A DNA stretch of 64,000 nucleotides from positions 33,241 through 97,240 of IMG/VR virus record IMGVR_UViG_3300028800_000064. One strand, 5' to 3'. The stretch is from a virus. A program made the position numbers and the translations under genes. The notes below the pieces were generated by a model, which worked only from the letters and a program-made list of their open reading frames with translations, was not told the origin of the DNA and made no database searches. Shown in pieces: positions 57,148-64,000 of this stretch (position 1 is its first letter; the number at the start of each line of letters is the position of its first letter).

Positions 57148-57753
57148 GCTGTAAGGCAGACCCGAGCTTAGAACAGATGAAGCAGGACCTAATCGGTGGC
57201 GGCTGGACTTCGTCATACGGTGGCACAATATGGACCAACCTGCAGGGTCAATCATATCGCGGGCCGCACAAAGCATGGCATGTCTGGGCTGGTGAACCGA
57301 TGGATGCACCAACTGTTTGGGGATAGCATGAGACTGACAGATACAGAACTCCTTGAGATGTTCGAAGGCATGTTCAGCGACGGGGAAGGCGATATCCGCT
57401 GCTATGCGCGCAACGTTGTGGCTAAGACTCGCATATCACACGCCTGTTCTGGGCTCACTGTTGAGGACCATCACGTCATCCCTGCAGGAAGCCGGGCGGT
57501 TAGAGAGACGTGCATCATGGATGGACGGCGGGTTGCGGCCTATACTTGTGAAGCGCATGTGTTGGCATGGGGTGTGGAGTCAGGCCAACTCGCCAGGGTC
57601 AACACATAGGGCGCATGGCGATAAGCCTTGGGATTGAGGCATCCGACCCTCTTCTCACCTGTCCGGGCGTTGCTAATGCCTAGGCGCGCACCTTAAATGG
57701 ACTCAGAGAAGTAATGGCGTTGCTGATGCCTCGGTCTCAAAGCTCTCGCAGAT

Positions 57754-58008
57754 TCAGTCCTCCAGACCAACGGTCAGTTCGGCATCGCGTGGAACCAAGA
57801 ATACGTCGTATTGCTTGTGGGCAGTCTCGACCACTATCACCAGTTCTTTGAACTCGTTGCGATACACGAGGTGCTTGGTCGAGTATGCATAGGGCGACGG
57901 GATATCGCGCTGGCGTGGGATCGTCGAGCCGGTGAACGCCAGCTCGGCCATGTATCGCGAGACACCGACGTGTGAGGTGATCCGCTTGATGCGTCGTAGG
58001 TTAGCCAT
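57754..58008 (-). CDS. Hypothetical protein
   Basis: GGAG RBS. Confidence 0.55.
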   Translation of the reverse strand: MANLRRIKRITSHVGVSRYMAELAFTGSTIPRQRDIPSPYAYSTKHLVYRNEFKELVIVVETAHKQYDVFLVPRDAELTVGLED

Positions 58009-58022
58009 GTGCGTTGTCTCCC

Positions 58023-58292
58023 TTAGACTTCGGCGATTGTGCCAACCCAGCCTCGGACAATCAGCTGGTATTCAACGGCTTTGATGGCATATTCCAGAGT
58101 CCAGAAGTACATCTTGACGGTATCTTGCTTGCCTGTGTCGAAGCTGACGACTAGATTGCGGCACGGAGCTTTGGGCTTGCTAGATGATAGGACATATCGA
58201 CGGCCTTTGCACTGGAAGCATGTGCCTCGGTCATAGCGGCCAGTTCCACCGCACCGTGGGCACTCGACATTGAACTTGCGCGTCGTCTTCAT
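58023..58292 (-). CDS. Small zinc-finger protein (CxxCxGxG)
   Basis: CPRCGGTG..CFQCKG; promoter TTGACG-N17-CATACT 6 nt before the ATG. Confidence 0.7.
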   Translation of the reverse strand: MKTTRKFNVECPRCGGTGRYDRGTCFQCKGRRYVLSSSKPKAPCRNLVVSFDTGKQDTVKMYFWTLEYAIKAVEYQLIVRGWVGTIAEV

Positions 58293-58737
58293 GGTCAGAG
58301 TATGCCATGAGCCCAGCGCCGCGTCAATAGTACTTTCGTACCAAGTACCAGCGCATCGCGCGGTCGGCAGTCCCTAGGGGCATCCCAGCCTCATCTCCAA
58401 CGGCATCATTCCAAACAAACCGCGCCCGCCTTCAGGTGTTCTTTCAGTTCTGCCCGTAGTCCATCGTACAGAGAGGCTATTACAGGTCTAAGGAGGAGTC
58501 GTACAGTAGAGAGTAGGGGAGAGTGTGAGTGTGAGAGCTGTGATGGGCTGGTGGGCGGCTTATTCGCAGCGCCAGTGGTCTGGGATCAGGGCGGTGATGC
58601 GCTGGGCGCTGTGGGCTATTCGAAGCGCGCCTCGGGCCACAATGAGTGAACGATTCTCATCGCGGGACGCGGTGCAATGTGTGCGCGTGGTGTACACGAG
58701 GGACGGGTGCAGTTCAGCAACCTGTATGCCAAACAAC

Positions 58738-58833
58738 CTATGATTTTCCATAGATGTCTATGAAATTTCATAGGTCGATCTATGATTTATCATAGATTTG
58801 GGTAAATTTGTTACGAGATATGATTTATCATAG
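58738..58833. repeat. Four copies of the 16-bp palindrome CTATGA-N4-TCATAG
   Basis: Copies at 58738, 58758, 58780, 58818 (first and last have one mismatch). Confidence 0.9.
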
Positions 58834-59235
58834 GTGCGCGAGCTGGTGTCGGCGGGCGCTTACTTGTCTAAGTGTTGGCCCTGGATGTCCGAGTAGCGGC
58901 TAAGTGCTATCACACCATCACATTGTTCGAAATCAGTATTTTGGCATAGTCGCGCGGGCAGGGCTAAGTCCTTTGTATTCAGACGTGCGCGCCGCTGTCG
59001 CTGATCGAAAGCGATTACTGAATACGCCCCGCTGCATCCAATTGATTCGCGAGGAGTTATCGCAGTTGTCGAGTGGGCAACAACGTGTTACCTGCACGCC
59101 GAGTGCCAGTCGGAAAAAACAGGGGTCCCTATGGATTTCCATATCGGGGTAAAAACGCCCCAAGGTACCGCGCTCTGCAGCTTGGCTTGACTACGCCCCA
59201 ATAACTCAGTCTCTTAATGTTCGTTACGAATTCTC

Positions 59236-59264
59236 TTGACAAATTTCTAGGGGTCCTGTACAAT
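59236..59264 (+). promoter_or_regulatory. Near-consensus sigma70 promoter
   Basis: TTGACA-N17-TACAAT; ATG follows at 59271. Confidence 0.85.
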
Positions 59265-59270
59265 CCCCGC

Positions 59271-62200
59271 ATGTTTATCATACGTGTTGGTGGGCCATAC
59301 AATCAACCGGGCAGCATTTGGGTAAACGGTAGATGGATAGCCACTTTCAGCGATGAGACGGTTGCGAGAAGGGTAGCTGATAGAATCCATCAAGCCTTGA
59401 ATTTGACCCAGGAAGAGGAAACCCCAAAGCCCCCTGTCCCCGTCATACAGTGGAGGGGATTGTAATGAGGGATGAGATTCTGCTGTGGCTGGTGATCGCC
59501 GGGCTGTTCTGGCTGGCGGTCCAGGTCACCGAAAGGAAGCGGCGATGAAGGGATGTGCGGTCGCGCGCGGGCAGGTTTGGATAGATAACGACCCTCGTTG
59601 TCGGGGTATTCGGACCATGCTGGTGAAGGGGATTATTCTGCATGCCGTCCGGGGGCCGATGGCCGTTTGTCAGGTGCTGGAGACTGGCCGCATTGTCAAG
59701 ATTCTGGTGCGTCGGTTCCGGCCTACGGCGTCGGGGTACAAGCTTGTCAAGGAGAATGGAATATGAGCCAGCTCTGGGTGGTTGAGCGGCGGGAAAAGAC
59801 GGAGAGGAAGTGGAAGCCCCTTCTCCTCTGGGTGGTCGAGAGAAGGTCGGCAGCACACTTCCTCCTCAAAGAGCTACGAAGGACCGCACGCACATACGCC
59901 ACCGGCACCCGATACAGGATGATGAGCTATCGGAGGACTGAATGAGCAAACGCTATTCCGAACGCCAGATGATCTGTATGCTGCGCCGAGCCGTGGAGCA
60001 TTTCGAGAGCGACAACCTCGTCACGGGTCGCAGTCTGGTCAAGTCGGTCATCCAGGAGATGTTTCAACGCCTCGTACCGCACGGCCACCAAAAGCACTAT
60101 GTTTGGGAGAAACCCCAGGGCACGGAGTTCTGGGCCTTGACCAACCATTCTTTCGATACCTACAAAGCAGCCGCGACCTTCATCGATCAAGAGAGGCGAC
60201 CGGGCAGAGAGTATTCGATCACCCACGATGAGAACTATACCGACTCCGGATTGGCTGAGCCGCCCCGCCCGGCCAAGCCTGTTCCGGAGAAACAGCCGCT
60301 CACCTGGATCGAGTCTCTGCTGCAGGTCAGCCCCCAGTTCCGGGTTATGTGGAGGACCACAGACGGGTCGTTGCATCCGCTCGCTCAACCGTTTTCGAGC
60401 TATAAACTCGCCCAGGAGTTCATTGACGCTCAGTACGACTCACCCGAGTTCATGCATTCGATCCAGATGTACTACATCCGGCAGGAGGGTCCTACGCCGG
60501 AGGGACAACAGGCTGAACCCGTGAAGCCCAAGACCTATTATCGGGTTACGGAACTAAAAGGCAATGGGTCCGACGGCGCGGCGCTGCGGTTTTCGAGCTA
60601 CCGCGAGGCAATGCAGTTCTTGGTAACGCACAGTTCTACAGCGTGGCGCTACGTGGTCACCCGTCACCACGAGTAATTCTCTGCCCGAGGAGCTGTAATG
60701 GACCTGACCCGAGAGGGGTATGTTACGCTGGAGATGATCCGGCAGCGGTTGCACCACACGGCTTTGACGTGGCAGCCGTTCCCGGCAGAGCTGGTGCTGA
60801 CCCACAAGCAGTGGGTTGTGCTAGAGAATGAGGCGGCCATCTGCGACCTGATGGATTTTTTGAGGTTGACAATTGCAGGCATTCCGGTTAGAGTGGTGGC
60901 CGATGAGTAGTTTGAATCCCAAGGTGCGGTTGACGGTCAGCGGGGCGGTTTACTTTCCCGGCGGCTTCATGCACCCGATATCGTTCCGTGAGATGTTCGG
61001 GCAGGAGATGTGGGAAGAGCTGCTGGCCCGGCCCCGGATTGTGACTTCGTATGATATTCCCGAGGAGGAGCAATGTCCGAATCAGACGAACAACTAACTG
61101 TGGACGTAGAGGGTGGGGTGTTGACGGTGGCTGGCATCCGAGAGGCGGCTCGGCAATTGAAGAAGACGAATCCGCCCCGAGTAGTAAAGGGTGACCAGAT
61201 GGCCTCTGCCGCAGCGATGCTCTTTTTGATGGGTCGTCTTGGTGTGGATGTGCCTAGAGTCATCGACGAGGTTGCGGGCAAAATCCCCAAGGCCCCGCGC
61301 CCCAGGTCCATGGTTGGTTTGGTGTACGAGCGTATGAAGCGGCCTCTGTTCGAGAGTCCAGAGCTGTCGAGAGAGACGCGCCAGCAAAAGCGGGCTCGCC
61401 ACCGTCAAGAGCGGATGGTCGAAGTGCGACTCACCCATCGCGGGGAGACGCGTGCCGCGCGCCGTGCTCGCGCACTGGCGTAACGATGAATCGCCTAGAC
61501 CAGTGGTTCAACTACGAACGCCGGTATCACCCCATTCGGTTCTGGTTCGGCTTTGCGCTGCCGCTCTATTTGTTCTTGCTTTTTGTCGGTTTGTTGGGTA
61601 TCGTGGTGGCGGTCAAGGAAGGCGTACTGAGATAGGAGACGACGATGATTAAAATCACGATTCAAGAGGGGTTGTTTCCTGCTCACGAGGTGCGATTGGA
61701 ATTGCGAGCGAATGCCATGAGGCGCATGTGGCATCCTGACACAGATCAATATCAGCAGGTGCCTCGCGAAGATGTGCGGTTTTTGTTTGTGTATCCAAAC
61801 CGCGCTCACGGGGTCCGAGGCACTTATAACAACGCCAGCTACCTGTCCGGTATGTGGAGCGGCAAGGTTTCGATTTCAAATCGCGACGGGGTGTCCAAAA
61901 TTCTCCGCATCGGGTGCGTCGAGTTCACAGCTAAAGAAACCAAGATCATTCGCAAGTGGGCGTTGGGCAAAAAAGTCGTGAGGAGGAAGTATGAACCAAA
62001 GACGAAAAGGTCGGTCGGTCGGCATTCCCGCCAGCGATGATCTGGCCAAAGCTGCCGAGCTAGCACAGAAGCTGCTCCCTTTGCGGTCGCGCCTGTCGCT
62101 TGTCGATGAGCGGAAACGGCAAGCGATAGTCTGCACGGGGCGTTCGTTGCGGGCGAATCTCCGCCGGTGTTTGAAGGCTTCGGTTTGATCGCACATCCAA

Positions 62201-63245
62201 GGAGGCACAATGTTTGAACGCGCAGTGTACTGCACCGAGGAAGACCGCTGGTACAAGCAGGGCGACGATCCATGGACGGTGCGCGACATCCCGGCGGATC
62301 GCGTGGTCACGCCCATCATCAGCGTGATCGCGGATACATATGGCGAAGCTTTTGAACTGCTGTTTGGTCACGCGGTCGTAATCCCCGCGCCTGTTCGTTC
62401 CGCGCGGCGGGCTCTGGCGGAGGCTTGATGAATTCCGACCAAATCTCACACACGCATGTCAACCCCCTTGGGTATGGCGACAGTCGTACGGATGTCGCGG
62501 CCTGCGCATTTTGGCTTCAACAGATCGCCTATCAGCTTGCCGTGTTGAACGAGCGGCAGGCGTCTATCGTAGAAGGAAAGGCTGGGGTCAATGTGATTCT
62601 TTGTGCCTCAAACGATAGCATTCCTGTTGCATTGAAGGAGACATAATGTCAACTGAAGCCGAACTCGAAGACCTCTTCCGCGATCAGGTAGCAGCGGCGG
62701 AGGAATCTGCCAAAAACACTCTGTATCATCTAGCAAGCATATCTGATAGCCGCCGACAGATTTTGGAATGGCTAGATGAGAACAAATGGAAGTCTGACAG
62801 TGGTGCTTTAACCCGCCACACGCAGCTCGCCGTCGCGCTGGCGCTGGAAGAGGCGGCGAAGGTTTGTTGCGCGAACAAGGAAAGCGAGTGTGAAGACTAT
62901 GCCCAGAGGGCGTATGAAGTAGCCGAATCCGAAATTCGCGCACTCCGCCCGGACGCCACGAAGCTACTGGCCGAGCACGATTACAAAATTGCAGAAGAGG
63001 CGGCGAAGTCGGCTTGCGAAGGTAGATACGAAAGCGAAACATTTTCCTCAGCGGAAGCGTTGGCCGAGGACCGAGAGCGGGTGCGACTGGAAGAGGCGAA
63101 TGTCTGGCTGCCGTACTACCGTTCCGCCTTTGTCTGGCACCAAATTGATGACGATGCTAAGGCTGACGAGTTACGAGATTGGGGAGTCAAACGTATCGCT
63201 GAACTCGACTCCGCCCTCGCCCAGCGGGACGGAGGGAAGGAGTGA
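59271..63245 (+). other. Operon of small hypothetical, probably early, genes
   Basis: Contiguous + ORFs (e.g. 61073-61483, 61645-62040, 62646-63245) with RBSs. Confidence 0.6.
59942..60676 (+). CDS. Hypothetical protein with three repeats of a small domain
   Basis: FDTYKAAATFID / FSSYKLAQEFID / FSSYREAMQFL. Confidence 0.7.
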   Translation: MSKRYSERQMICMLRRAVEHFESDNLVTGRSLVKSVIQEMFQRLVPHGHQKHYVWEKPQGTEFWALTNHSFDTYKAAATFIDQERRPGREYSITHDENYTDSGLAEPPRPAKPVPEKQPLTWIESLLQVSPQFRVMWRTTDGSLHPLAQPFSSYKLAQEFIDAQYDSPEFMHSIQMYYIRQEGPTPEGQQAEPVKPKTYYRVTELKGNGSDGAALRFSSYREAMQFLVTHSSTAWRYVVTRHHE

Positions 63246-63285
63246 TCCGCGTGCATTGCGACTGGCCGGGGTGCGGGGAGGGACG

Positions 63286-63690
63286 ATGAAAGCGTTAACG
63301 CTGACTGAGCCGTGGGCCACGTTGATGGCTTACCAAGCCAAGAGAATCGAAACGCGGTCGTGGCGATTACCGAACAATATCATTGGTCAAGAAGTGGCGA
63401 TCCATGCGGCCAAGGGCTTCCCGAAGTGGGCCAAGGAAACGTGCGACGAAGAACCGTTCACGATTCTGAATACACTCAACGTCTCTCTGAATCCGGGACA
63501 CGTTCTCTGTGTGGTGAAATTCATCGGATGCAGAATGACTGAGGATGTCAGCAAGCAAATAACTCCGCAAGAGTTTGCGTTTGGCGATTATGGAGAAGGT
63601 CGCTGGGCATGGTTCTCGGAATTCGTCAGAAAGCTCGATAAACCGATTCCGGCAGTAGGGCATCTCGGATTCTGGGACTGGACCGAATAG
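63286..63690 (+). CDS. ASCH-domain protein
   Basis: MKALTLTEPWA..KRIETRSW..AIHAAK..PIPAVGHLGFW. Confidence 0.9.
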   Translation: MKALTLTEPWATLMAYQAKRIETRSWRLPNNIIGQEVAIHAAKGFPKWAKETCDEEPFTILNTLNVSLNPGHVLCVVKFIGCRMTEDVSKQITPQEFAFGDYGEGRWAWFSEFVRKLDKPIPAVGHLGFWDWTE

Positions 63691-64000
63691 GCTCTGCCCC
63701 GCGCACGCCCAGGCGCTCGGGCTGAGGGACGGAGCGAAAGGCGGCAGGGAATGACCGAAGCTGAGTACCAGAAGCAGGCCAACGACCGCGCGCAAGCTTT
63801 GCGCCGATACGAGCGGCTGGCTTTGTTGATAACGAGCTGCATAAAGGCCAACCCTATCTTTTACAAGAAATCACAGCCAGATAAATGGTGTGACGAACTC
63901 CTGGAGCTGTCCCACCAGTACGGATTCGGGAAGGAGTGACCAATGAAGACTGCGATCTATATCGAAGATGGCCGTACTCAGTTTGTGTTGACGCCGGAAA

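Overview
The whole window looks like part of a tailed dsDNA phage genome (about 55-60% GC by eye). Portal, terminase and major capsid genes were not recognised and probably lie outside it. In order, it carries: (1) a replication/recombination module (SSB, UvrD-type helicase, 4-Cys PD-(D/E)XK nuclease, an apparently split replication initiator, a primase-helicase fusion); (2) a GH108 lysin, glycosyltransferases and a podovirus-like tail/ejection module (about 12-31 kb); (3) a long accessory region. The highlights are all in the accessory region. The first is a TIGR-Tas-like RNA-guided locus at 47.1-49.5 kb. It has a Nop-domain (IS110-related) protein with an apparently degenerate RuvC-like N-terminus and 14 stem-loop dual-spacer units (stem-CCA-N9-TG-N4-CCA-N9-TG-stem). 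One unit precedes the gene, one overlaps its stop codon, and an unknown ORF sits inside the array. The second is a circularly permuted, two-piece tmRNA gene at 35.3-35.9 kb with an Ala acceptor stem and a tag ending LAMAA. The third is a sigma-region-4-like HTH protein fused to a NusG NGN+KOW module. Also present are seven copies of a GTAC-N4-GTAC operator, six at sigma70-like promoters, a secreted Ig/FN3 operon with possible donor-strand complementation, and several candidate structured RNAs. All protein calls are motif recognition by eye; no database search was run.
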